The position numbers and the translations under genes were made by a program. Under the pieces are notes generated by a model, which was not told the DNA's origin, searched no databases, and saw nothing but the letters and a program-made list of their open reading frames with translations. DNA of 64,000 bases from an uncultured Chthonomonadaceae bacterium (GTDB lineage Bacteria > Armatimonadota > Chthonomonadetes > Chthonomonadales > Chthonomonadaceae), in the NCBI GenBank assembly GCA_963835065.1, contig CAWIEK010000044.1, positions 352,001 to 416,000 of the forward strand, in the 5' to 3' direction. Positions 52,086 to 61,901 of the stretch are shown here, in pieces (the stretch's first letter is position 1; each line of letters opens with the position of its first letter).

Positions 52086-52225
52086 GGAGGGTTCACCACA
52101 GAGGCACAGAGACACAGAGGGGTCACAGAGAAAAGAAGAAAAGGAGAAGAGGAGAAGGGGAGGGGAGAACCGCGAAAGATTCGAACCAAAACGAAAAAGA
52201 GTTAGGGGAAGAGGAACAAGCGGAA

Positions 52226-53384
52226 GTGATTCAGCCGCAGGGGAATGGGTTGCGGGTTGCTATGTTTGCGCCGGTTCGGGAGCAGTGCGGCGTGAGTGAT
52301 TACAGCCGCTTGTTGGTGGATGCGCTGCGTACTGTGCCGAATGTAGGGGATGCGCGCGTTGTTGAGGCGCAGGATTTGGCTGTTCAGGGGAGCGCTTTAC
52401 GAGCGCTAATTCGTTATCCGTTGGCGGAACGCGAATATGCGCGAATGGGCGCGCGGCTGAACGCGGAGGGCGCGGATGTTGCCCATATCCAGCATCAGTA
52501 TTTCTTTTTTGGCGGGGTTGCGCCGCACAAGAACCATGCGCGGGCGTTTCTTGGATGCCATCCGCGTACCTGTTGTCATGACCGTGCATGAGATTGCGCA
52601 GGCGGACGCAAAGGCGAATCTGCTTGTTCGCGCCGCAATCCGGTTTACTAATCGGCGCAACTTTCTACACCCCGCCATTCGCGCCCTGATTGCGCATACG
52701 CCGAGTGACCGCGAACAGCTTCTGGCTTTGGGCGCAAAAGCAGGCATGATCCATGTGCTGACGCATCCCATTCCGCCCGCCGCGCCGATGCCCCCGATGG
52801 AAGACGCCAAACGCGCCCTTGATTTGACCGGCAGGCGCGTGGTGACGCTGTTCGGGTTTGTGGCCGCGAAAAAAGGCCATTTGACGGCTTTGACGGCCCT
52901 GCCCTTGCTGCCTAATGATGTGGTTCTGGTATTTGCGGGCGGGCAGCACCCGCAGGACCATACCGATTATGTTCCCATGCTGCGCCGCTACATTGCCGCG
53001 CATGGATTAGAAGCCCGCGTTCGTATTACCGGCTATCTGGACGAGGCGCAAATTCCCGTTGTCATGGCGGCGACGGACGTGGCGATTACGCCATTCACGC
53101 AAACATCCGGCTCCGGTTCGCTGGCAAACCTGTTCGCGTATGGCCGCGCGGTTGTCGCTTCCGACATCGCGCCGCATCAGGTGATTGCGCGGGAACAGCC
53201 GGGATGCCTGGACTTGTTTCACGGCCCGGATGCTCACGAGTTTGCCGCGCGCATTAACGCCGTACTCGACAACCCAACGCGCCGTCAAATGCTGCAACAA
53301 GCCGCCCTCGCCTACGCCCAAAACCACTCGTATCTGGAAATGGCGCGGCAAACGGCGGAAATCTATGAAGGCATTAGGCATTAG
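52226..53384 (+). CDS. GT4 glycosyltransferase (frameshift near 52550)
   Basis: CGVSDYS, HIQHQY, then VMTVHE, FGFVAAKKG, SGSGSL, VVASD. Start approximate. Confidence 0.85.
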
Positions 53385-53508
53385 GCATTAGGCATTAGAT
53401 ACAAGGCACAAGTTGTTTAGCGCTGGCATGGAAAGCAAATTCTTGTCGCTTTATACCTAACCTTTAATGCCTAATATCTAATATCTAATGCCTAATGCCT
53501 AATGCCTA
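53370..53508. repeat. Inverted heptamer tandem repeats
   Basis: (ggcatta)n ... (taatgcc/taatatc)n overlapping the stop and start of two GT4 genes. Confidence 0.9.
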
Positions 53509-54710
53509 TGCTCTTCGCCATTGATGGCCGCGCCCTCACCGGGCGCTATACGGGCGACCGCACCTACTGGCGCAATCTGCTGCGCGTGTTGCCGCGCCTT
53601 GCGCCGACAGATACGTTCTGCATCTACTCGCGCCTGCCGATTGCCCCGGAGGAACTGCCGCCGTTCCCGAATGTTTCGTACCGGGTGGTTCCGGCCCGTA
53701 ATGACCGCATTTGGGCGCTCATAGCGTTGCCTCGCGCCCTGAGGCAAGCGCGGCCTGATTTGCTGCATGTGCAGTATACGATTCCGCCCGCCTGCCCTTG
53801 CCCCGTTGTCACAACCGTACACGATATTTCGTTTCGAGTCTCGCCGGAGTGGTTTCCACTGAAAGACAGGCTGCTGCTGAACATGACCATTCCCGCCGCC
53901 ATGCGCCATGCCGCCCGCGTGATTACCGACTCGGAAAGTTCGCGCAATGACATTTTGAGCGCGTACCGCGTGCCGGAGAGCCGCGTCGTTTCCATACCAT
54001 TAGGGCTGCCGCCGGAGTTTGCGGCGCAGGTGGATGTTTCCGAATCTTCAATTTTGGGAAGAAGTGACAACGCGCTTGAAAGTGACAGCCAAACGCGCGT
54101 CCGTCGGCAGGAAATCGCGCGGCAGAAGGTGAAACAACAGTATGGGCTAGAAGCGCCTTATCTGCTTGCGGTCGGTGTGCTTCAGCCGCGCAAGAACCTG
54201 CGCCTGCTGGCTCGCGCGTTCGGCAAAGCGAAAGCAGCATATAACTTGCCGCATCAACTGGTTCTGGCGGGGAAAGCGGGCTGGCAGACGGAAGAAGAAG
54301 CCTTGCGGCAGGAAGCGCGGGAGGGCGGCGGCGAAGATGCGGCCGAAGCGGTTGTGTTTCCCGGCTACATCGCCGATGCCGACCTGCCGGACTTGTACCG
54401 CGCCGCCGATGCTTTCGCGTACCCGTCACTGCACGAGGGTTTTGGGTTTCCGCCCCTCGAAGCGATGGCATGCGGAACGCCGACACTGGTTTCCGACGCG
54501 CCACCCATGCCGCATAATGTGGGCGAGGCCGCGATTGTCGTTCCGGCGCGCGATGTGGACGGTTGGGCAGAAGCCTTAGGGCGCGTACTGACGGACGCCG
54601 AACTGCGAACAAAATTGTCGATTCGCGGACCCGAACGCGCTTTACAGTTTACGTGGGAAGAAACGGCAGAACAGACGTTGCGCGTGTATCGTGAGGTTGT
54701 TGGGGGTTGA
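53502..54710 (+). CDS. GT4 glycosyltransferase
   Basis: TVHDISF, QPRKNL, YPSLHEGFGFPPLEAMACG. Confidence 0.95.
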   Translation: MPMLFAIDGRALTGRYTGDRTYWRNLLRVLPRLAPTDTFCIYSRLPIAPEELPPFPNVSYRVVPARNDRIWALIALPRALRQARPDLLHVQYTIPPACPCPVVTTVHDISFRVSPEWFPLKDRLLLNMTIPAAMRHAARVITDSESSRNDILSAYRVPESRVVSIPLGLPPEFAAQVDVSESSILGRSDNALESDSQTRVRRQEIARQKVKQQYGLEAPYLLAVGVLQPRKNLRLLARAFGKAKAAYNLPHQLVLAGKAGWQTEEEALRQEAREGGGEDAAEAVVFPGYIADADLPDLYRAADAFAYPSLHEGFGFPPLEAMACGTPTLVSDAPPMPHNVGEAAIVVPARDVDGWAEALGRVLTDAELRTKLSIRGPERALQFTWEETAEQTLRVYREVVGG

Positions 54711-54850
54711 TAACTATTCTTGGAAAAAGCAGTAGCAGGTTTCAGGGGCCATTCGTACTCTTCCCTTTTCGTTATGCCCGAAAGAAGTACAAGAAACAGT
54801 GTATTTCCTGACACCTGACACCTGAAACCTGAAACCTATGGAGTTACTTG

Positions 54851-55105
54851 ATGAGCGCTAATTCTGCCGCAACAAACGATACATCGCCATCGCCGCAGCC
54901 GCTGGACGAGTGGTTTCTGGATTTGCTGGCCTGCCCCGGCTGTACGCAGCGCCTGCCCCTCCATCTCAATGCCGAGAAGAACGCGCTGCATTGCCAATGC
55001 GGGCGCTACGCCTTTCCCATTCGGGAAGACGGGCTGCCCGTCGTGATTATGGAAGAAGCCACGCTGCTGAATGAGAACGCGCATCCCGAAGATGTCGTCA
55101 AATAG
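54851..55105 (+). CDS. Trm112-like protein
   Basis: LDLLACPGC...C.CGR.FPIREDGLPV. Confidence 0.85.
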   Translation: MSANSAATNDTSPSPQPLDEWFLDLLACPGCTQRLPLHLNAEKNALHCQCGRYAFPIREDGLPVVIMEEATLLNENAHPEDVVK

Positions 55106-55136
55106 TCAACATTGATGTGGATATTGGAGGAAAACG

Positions 55137-55583
55137 ATGCTGAAAATCTCCTTGATTCATGGCCCTAATCTGAACCTGCTGGGTTCGCGCGAACCGCAGA
55201 TATATGGGCGCGACAGTTATGACGAAATCAACCGCAAAATCAAGGCGCGCGGGCTGCAATTGGATGTGGATGTTCGCATTATGCAATCCAACCACGAAGG
55301 CGAAATCATTGATGCCATCCATGACGCGCGCACCTGGGCGGACGGCCTTGTGATCAATCCCGGCGCGCTTACGCACTACAGCTACGCCATCCGCGACGCC
55401 ATTACCGCCGTGCGCCTGCCCACCATCGAAATCCATCTGACGAACGTTCATGCGCGGGAAGAGTTTCGGCATCACTCCGTCATCAGCCCCGTCGTCACCG
55501 CGCAGATTATCGGATTGGGCGCGCTCGGTTACATTTTGGGCGTGGAAGCCATCAAAGAGCTTGTGGAGCAGGGGCACCGATAA
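55137..55583 (+). CDS. aroQ: Type II 3-dehydroquinate dehydratase
   Basis: HGPNLNLLGSREPQIYG, QSNHEG, INPGALTHYS, EIHLTNVHAREEFRH. Confidence 0.97.
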   Translation: MLKISLIHGPNLNLLGSREPQIYGRDSYDEINRKIKARGLQLDVDVRIMQSNHEGEIIDAIHDARTWADGLVINPGALTHYSYAIRDAITAVRLPTIEIHLTNVHAREEFRHHSVISPVVTAQIIGLGALGYILGVEAIKELVEQGHR

Positions 55584-55777
55584 CATCAGGGGTTAGGGGT
55601 CGGGGGTCAGGGGTCAGTGTTCCGGTCGCAGACCGGCTGGCCGCAGGCCCATTAGACGGGTCGTTTACAACTCGGCTATCACAGGCATATTTACGCCGCT
55701 GTGTACAAGACGGGTCGTTCACGACTTGGTAGGGTGGAACATTACAGCAGAGTATCAAAACAGCAAGCAGGCGAGAC

Positions 55778-56974
55778 ATGGCACGGATTGGCATTAAACA
55801 TATTTCTATCAGATTACGACACATAAGCGGCTGTGCTGCACTAGTGGGCTTGCAGACGTTTGCCTGCGCATATCCGGCGCAAACGGCGTCAAACCCTGTA
55901 CAAACCACGTCAACTCCTGCGCAAGCGCCGCAAAAGAGTGTCGCGCCGCCGTCCGACAACACGCCTTTGCCTCCCGGCGCGACACCCCCGTCGGCAGGCG
56001 CGGCCACATCGGGGAAAACGCCGCCTGCGGGACAGGAAAGTTCCTCTTCCGGCAACATTCCCACCCTGCCTGCCAATGCCATCCTGCCCATCCTGCTCAA
56101 TTATTCGCTGTGGAACAACAGCCTGATGCTGGCCGACGTGCAGATCAATGGCGGTGTGGAACACTGTATCGTGGATACCGGCATCAATGCCTGCGCCGTC
56201 ACACCCGAAGCGGCCACGCGCCTGAAAACCACGCGCCTGACGACGCAAGCCACGATTACTACGCTCAACGAAACCCGAACCGCGCCCGAAGCCGAGTTTA
56301 CAAACCTGCAATTCAACCAATTGAAGTTCGCCAGCCTGCGGGCCGTCGTTGTCAACGCCGGGGAACTGTATCTGGGAACCGCGCCGGAAGACAGTCCCGC
56401 GCTCTGGCTGGGTACGCCCTTTCTGGCCGCGTTTCAGGTGACATTCGATTACACCGGGCATTACATTTCCCTGGACCGCCCAACCGCCCCCCTGCCGAAA
56501 GGCAATGGAGCCGTGACCCTGCCCCTCGAAGAGCGTGGTGGACGGCTGTACACCCGCGTTACAATTCCCAAAGGCGGCACGTTTTCCGCGCTCATCAATA
56601 CCGGCACGATGGGTACGCTGATTCCCGCAAGTATCGCCGCCAAACTCAAACTCAACCCGTCCCAAACGTTCAATGTGAAATGGACGGGCGGCAAGCAGGG
56701 CAAAGCCTCCCTGATTACCCTCCCGGAACTGCAAGTCGGGCGTATTTCGCAAAAAGACGTGCCTGTTTTGTACTTCGAGGCGAATGGCGACGCCGCCGTT
56801 GACCGAACGCTCGGCGTTTTGGGAGCCGACTTCCTCAACCATTACAAAGTAATTATCAACATGAGCCGCAAAAAACTGACGCTCATCCCCCCGCCACCTG
56901 CCAAAACGGACGATGCCGATTCAACAGATGCCAAAACGGATAAGAAACCGCCAAAGGTCAAGCAAAAGAAGTGA
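55778..56974 (+). CDS. Exported tandem retropepsin-like aspartic protease
   Basis: IVDTG ... LGTPFL and second lobe LINTG ... GVLGADFL. Confidence 0.82.
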   Translation: MARIGIKHISIRLRHISGCAALVGLQTFACAYPAQTASNPVQTTSTPAQAPQKSVAPPSDNTPLPPGATPPSAGAATSGKTPPAGQESSSSGNIPTLPANAILPILLNYSLWNNSLMLADVQINGGVEHCIVDTGINACAVTPEAATRLKTTRLTTQATITTLNETRTAPEAEFTNLQFNQLKFASLRAVVVNAGELYLGTAPEDSPALWLGTPFLAAFQVTFDYTGHYISLDRPTAPLPKGNGAVTLPLEERGGRLYTRVTIPKGGTFSALINTGTMGTLIPASIAAKLKLNPSQTFNVKWTGGKQGKASLITLPELQVGRISQKDVPVLYFEANGDAAVDRTLGVLGADFLNHYKVIINMSRKKLTLIPPPPAKTDDADSTDAKTDKKPPKVKQKK

Positions 56975-57037
56975 GAACCGCATTGACAATGGATCACGAC
57001 AGAACAATTTGAAGGTTCGTCAATGAAGGGGGATTAT

Positions 57038-57502
57038 ATGAACTCGGAAGCACAGGAAACGATCAAATTCTTGAGTTGGCCCTCTGCAAAGCCGCATCGA
57101 ATGTCTCTGAGCAGCTATTATCAAACTGCTGTCGTCCTGGAACGCGCCACCCTGTTGACCGATCCTGCGCGGCGAAATCGCATCTGGCGCTGCCATCTTC
57201 ACGCTGCGAAGGAGAATGTTCCTGACATTCTCATCGTCAAGCAGGTGAAACCAGAGGGCAAAGCCCTTCCACTCTTGCCTCGTGGAACACAAGCCGCAAT
57301 TTTCAAAGATTGGGCGGGCGCGCAGTTACCCAACGAACATGGACGCGCGAAACGGGACATATCGGGCCATGTATTTATGGAGGAGGATGATCGAAGGCGG
57401 CTTTATCCTTCTGGAAGACATGGGGGAGCTTCCCGGTCTTGTATGGCGGACGTGAGCGACACAAGGGAGATGCGAGACGTTGCGGAAGTGGCCGCGCTAT
57501 GA
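57038..57502 (+). pseudogene. Possible truncated phosphotransferase-like gene fragment
   Basis: RNRIWRC...ILIVKQ...FKDWAG resembles a kinase N-lobe; downstream sequence is non-descript. Confidence 0.3.
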
Positions 57503-58632
57503 TTGCAGAAGCCCGACAGTTAGGGCGACAAATGCCACGCCCTCCATATCCGCAGGAATGTTTGCCGGGAAATTCCCGCATAAACGCGAAAAACTGTGCA
57601 GTATGGCGCGGCGAAACATAAGACGGGGATAGGGAAAAGAGGGCACAACCCATTGCCAGTTTGACCGGCCTTTCGCGCCCCTGTACATGCCTGTTCATTT
57701 CAGTTCGCGTATCTTCTATGGATGATCTTTCCGTCTATACCGCTCTGATTACGTAAGCGCTGTATACTGTTTCTTTACCATTAAACCCTTTTGGCTTGTC
57801 ATTGTATTCGACACCGCTATCTTGTGTTCGAATAAATTTATCAACTTTGTTTTGGCTGTCATCAAAGATATAAAGTAAGATCATGTAAAGAAGCATGTAC
57901 CTTGCTATGGCATCATCTGTCGCCACGCTGAACGGGACAAGGGTAGTATTCTTTTTCTCCTTTAATAGTGCCTTTTTCCAAAACATCAAGCAGTTGTCTG
58001 GTACTTTCCTCGCCGTAAGTAACAACATCGTTGCTTTGGATGCGAAAGTTATAGATTGCGCTACGAAGAACTTTCATAATGTTTGTGCCCGGGGTACTGT
58101 AAGAAGCCCGCTACCTTGACAGCCAGCGTTGCCTATAAGCGCGCCGACTTGAGCGTCAATCTATTAACCACTTGCGAGGCTATTGATCGGTAAAACTTCG
58201 GGCTTGTTCCACAGGCGTCAAACCTTCAAAGCAGGACGTAACATGAGGAACTTGCCATCCTCAGACGCCTCAATCTTAGCGCTGATCCTGTTGCGTAGGT
58301 CGACATGTCTCGCTGCGAAGCGGATTAACGGCAAATTTGCCCGATAGCTGAACGCTCCTTCTACTTTAGTGTATGATGCTCCATTGCGATGCTCCTTTGT
58401 TCGAAACGTATGCAATCACCTCTTGACCAAACTTAGCAAGATTTTGTTACATCGCTGTCGCGCAGTCGAGACATAGTCTCCCGCTGCCTCTTTAACAAAG
58501 TGCTTGCACAAAGAGTTTTGTGTTCGCGCAGGGCATGGTGGAACGGCCTGAGCAATAACTTATTTGTTGTACTCTTACGCGCCAACAATATCATAGTAAA
58601 CGGGTTGATCGTTTCAGCCGATCTGGCTGCCG

Positions 58633-61173
58633 TCAATGTGGCAGGGGTGTTTCCAGAACGCGGGGGTTGCCGCCGTCTACCACAATCAGATGGCCTTGAT
58701 AGATTGCCAGGCCGCGCGGGGCTTGCAGGGGAGCGGTTGACGGGCCGTTATAAGCCCATTGGAGGCGGTAGAATTGGTTGTTCAGGAGGGCGATGGAGTG
58801 GTCGCCCTGACAACTGACGAAGAAGCGGCCATCCGCGTCGAGGATGATATACATGGGGCGCGGCAGGTTGTTGGCGTGGCCGTGCAGTCGGTAGATTTTG
58901 TCCGCGTCTTTGCGCAGCACGGTCAGGCGGTCATTGGCGGTGTCGCAGATGATAAGATTGTCGTGCCGGTCAACCGCCAGTTTCATCGGCTGCTTGACAA
59001 GTCCTTCCCCAACCACGCGCTTGAACTTGCCGTCGGGGCTGAACTCCTGTATCCGGTCATTGTCTGTATCGCAGATGAAAATGTTGTCCTGAGAATCAAC
59101 GGCTGCGCCCATCGGACGCTGAAAATGCCCCGGCTCGCTTCCCGGCGCGTTCAGAACGCGGGCGGCAACCGTCAGGTCGGCGTTTTGCACCACGAAGCCG
59201 GACAGGGGATTGGCTTTGCTTTTGCCCCGCGTGGTGATGATTCGCCCTTTGCTGTCTACAACCACGTCAAAGGCGTTGTCGAACCGCGCTTCTTCCGGTC
59301 CCGCCATGCCGATCATGCTGCCGTTGGCTTTTTGCAGGATGGGACGATCCGCTTCCAGGTCGCGCAGGATACGCCGCCCCGTTCGCGTGACCGCAATCCC
59401 CCAGGGCTGCCGCAGTTTCATCGCGCCAACGACATTCGAAAATGCGCTTGCCGCTCCGTCAGCATTAACAGCGACAACGGCATAGCGGCTAATTGCTCCC
59501 ATGCCCAATTTCGTTTTGCAGACCGTATCGCCGATATTCTCCCCCACTGTTTCCCACTCCCAACTGTCCGATTTGGAACGATAAACCCGGTACGATTTTG
59601 CCCCGCCGATGGCTTCCCAGGTCAGCGTCACATCTTCGCCGCTGACTTCGGCTTTCAGGCCGGAGGGCGGCGGAAGCGCGTTTGGGGGCGGTATGTGGGT
59701 GGCGCGGGTGAATGTGGCGATGTTATGGACGTTGTTGAAGTACGCGAGGTTGACATCCGCGACATCCAGCCAGGCGTAATCCGTCTGCCCGCGCGCCGCA
59801 ATCCGAATAAAGAACACGTTGCGCGCGCCCGTAAAGCTGATCTGCCCGAACGGGTTGTCATGGAGCGTAAAGCCGTCTTCCGTCGTGACGCGCGGGCTGC
59901 TGCGATTGGGCAGCACCATCTTGCCTTCGCCATCCGTCAGCCCGACAAATGCGGCTTCGCCCCCATACGCTCCGTCCGTATCCTGCCAGAAGGTCACGCG
60001 GGCGTCGGGAACCGGCTTGCCCTGCGCGTCCGTGACGATTAATACATTGGTTTGGGGCATGGCGCAGTGGTAATCGCCGTAATAGCCCCGCCGCTTGCCG
60101 TACTGCGTTTCCAGCGCGGCCATGCTCAGGGGCGAAAACAGCGCATCTCCCGGCGTGTGCATCATATAGCGGGACAGGGGCGAGGCGTAGCCGATCAGCA
60201 GCGGATCATTGCCCGTATCCCGTACCATATTTTGCGCCCCGGCGCGGTCAAGCCCGTTTTCGTCCGTCAGGCCAAGCTGATGCCCCCATTCGTGGATCAA
60301 TCCCCAATCCGGCGCGGACGCCCATTTTGCCGTATCCGCCGCCCGTCCGAACAGCCATGCGCCGTCATAACCCGCATCCTGTGGCGTAAACGCGCCCGCA
60401 GGCAGCGTTCCCACCCAGGGCTGAGTCGTATCCTGTACCACGACAATTTTGCCGCAGGCAACCCGAACGCGCGCCCCGCCGCGCGGATTGAGCGGCGAGG
60501 GGCTTGTCTGAAACAGTTGGTTCATCTTGTCCACATGCCATTGCGCCCAATCCTCAAATGAGCGCGTCCCGGCATGGTTTACCAGATGATTGAAACTGTC
60601 GTAAGTCTGCGCGTCCACGCCCCACAGGAGCAGCCACGCATCCGTCGCCACTTCCCGGCTGTCGTTGGCTTGCGAGGTTTGCAGGACTTCATGCGCGGGG
60701 TCGGCCACAAAACGCAGGCGGTGCGCCCCGGCTTGCCACGTCCATTCGCAGGTTTCCGTTCCTTCCTGCGCGGGCATCAACGCGCCCTCATGCGTTCCCT
60801 GCTTGAACGGCTTGTCGTCGAGCAGCCATTGGAACTTCCACGCGCCCAATTTGGCCTCGCCCTTATTGATAACATGCGCGGTAAACGTCACCTTTTCCCC
60901 GGCCTGCGGCTGCCGCTTGATATTGGTGGCTTCGCCGAGCGGAATCGGCTGCCGCGTCTGCGCATCCAGCAGAACGGGCAAATCCAGCAGGTCGGGAATG
61001 TCGTACCCAACCGCATACGCGGGATACAAAGGGGCGCGTTCGATATACGTCACGTCAATATCCGGCTTCGCGCCTTCCGCCCATGCGCCCGATAACAGGC
61101 CGCACGATAACACAACTGCCAACAACAATTTTCCCGCTAAAGACATGCAAAAGAACCTCGCCACAGCAGCCAT
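58633..61173 (-). CDS. Secreted multidomain protein: CARDB, HEXXH metallopeptidase-like, FN3 and NHL repeats
   Basis: VTFTAHVINKG/VADP; LIHEWGHQLGL; PPSGL...LTW...YRVYR; repeated P.G.AVD...ICDTDNDRIQ. Confidence 0.8.
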   Translation of the reverse strand: MAAVARFFCMSLAGKLLLAVVLSCGLLSGAWAEGAKPDIDVTYIERAPLYPAYAVGYDIPDLLDLPVLLDAQTRQPIPLGEATNIKRQPQAGEKVTFTAHVINKGEAKLGAWKFQWLLDDKPFKQGTHEGALMPAQEGTETCEWTWQAGAHRLRFVADPAHEVLQTSQANDSREVATDAWLLLWGVDAQTYDSFNHLVNHAGTRSFEDWAQWHVDKMNQLFQTSPSPLNPRGGARVRVACGKIVVVQDTTQPWVGTLPAGAFTPQDAGYDGAWLFGRAADTAKWASAPDWGLIHEWGHQLGLTDENGLDRAGAQNMVRDTGNDPLLIGYASPLSRYMMHTPGDALFSPLSMAALETQYGKRRGYYGDYHCAMPQTNVLIVTDAQGKPVPDARVTFWQDTDGAYGGEAAFVGLTDGEGKMVLPNRSSPRVTTEDGFTLHDNPFGQISFTGARNVFFIRIAARGQTDYAWLDVADVNLAYFNNVHNIATFTRATHIPPPNALPPPSGLKAEVSGEDVTLTWEAIGGAKSYRVYRSKSDSWEWETVGENIGDTVCKTKLGMGAISRYAVVAVNADGAASAFSNVVGAMKLRQPWGIAVTRTGRRILRDLEADRPILQKANGSMIGMAGPEEARFDNAFDVVVDSKGRIITTRGKSKANPLSGFVVQNADLTVAARVLNAPGSEPGHFQRPMGAAVDSQDNIFICDTDNDRIQEFSPDGKFKRVVGEGLVKQPMKLAVDRHDNLIICDTANDRLTVLRKDADKIYRLHGHANNLPRPMYIILDADGRFFVSCQGDHSIALLNNQFYRLQWAYNGPSTAPLQAPRGLAIYQGHLIVVDGGNPRVLETPLPH

Positions 61174-61257
61174 TCTGTGCCACAAAAATTCGTTGCTGCC
61201 CGGCATAATGAATTGACAAAGAGCCAATTCACAAAGAGAACTTGAGTAGATACCACG

Positions 61258-61782
61258 TCACTCCAGCACTTCCAGAGGAATAAAGCAGAATGTATCAGGC
61301 ACCGTCATTGTGGTATACCCAAACTCTCCTGCAGGCACTAATTCTTCTGTAGTTCCCAATTCCGAAATGAGGTCACGGACGAAATCGTCTATTTTCAGTC
61401 CCACGTTGATGCACCCGGCGCTGCCGATATGGTTCCCCCCGTGAATGAAGTAGCCGTGGTGTCCATCCATGACGGTTCCGGGGAAAGGATGAATGGTAAT
61501 GCGGTGCATGCCCCACCCGGAGTCATTGCAAGTCGTGCCGCCCAACCGCATCCGCAAGGCGTGAAAGCCGGTGCAGTGCCAGAGTTCACTGGGTTGAATC
61601 CAGTAGTTGCCCTTGCGAATAGGCTCATAAACCCCCGTCTTACCCGAAACGGCATAATAAGAGTGAAAATGCTTTCCGGCGCGCATCGTCAGTTCGTGGC
61701 CGGAAAACTTGAGCCGTATCTGCGTGGGACCACAGGCCGGAACGGTTGGGTTGCGCTGCTCGTCATAATGACTCTCTGCCAT
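61258..61782 (-). CDS. DUF2778/Tlde1-like (L,D-transpeptidase fold) protein
   Basis: AVSG, PI..G.Y, GYFIHGG...GSAGCI. Confidence 0.75.
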   Translation of the reverse strand: MAESHYDEQRNPTVPACGPTQIRLKFSGHELTMRAGKHFHSYYAVSGKTGVYEPIRKGNYWIQPSELWHCTGFHALRMRLGGTTCNDSGWGMHRITIHPFPGTVMDGHHGYFIHGGNHIGSAGCINVGLKIDDFVRDLISELGTTEELVPAGEFGYTTMTVPDTFCFIPLEVLE

Positions 61783-61901
61783 AATTGTCTTCTCCTTCCA
61801 TAGTGTAGGGTTCGTAAGCGGGCGCGGCAAGCAACGCCCCTGCCTTTGATGGGCGCAGAAAGCAACGCCCCTACCATCGGAAACTTATATTTCACAGCCT
61901 C

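Noticed and set aside
55654..55729. A true CRISPR array
   Set aside because: Only two imperfect repeats and no cas genes. Kept as a low-interest repeat.
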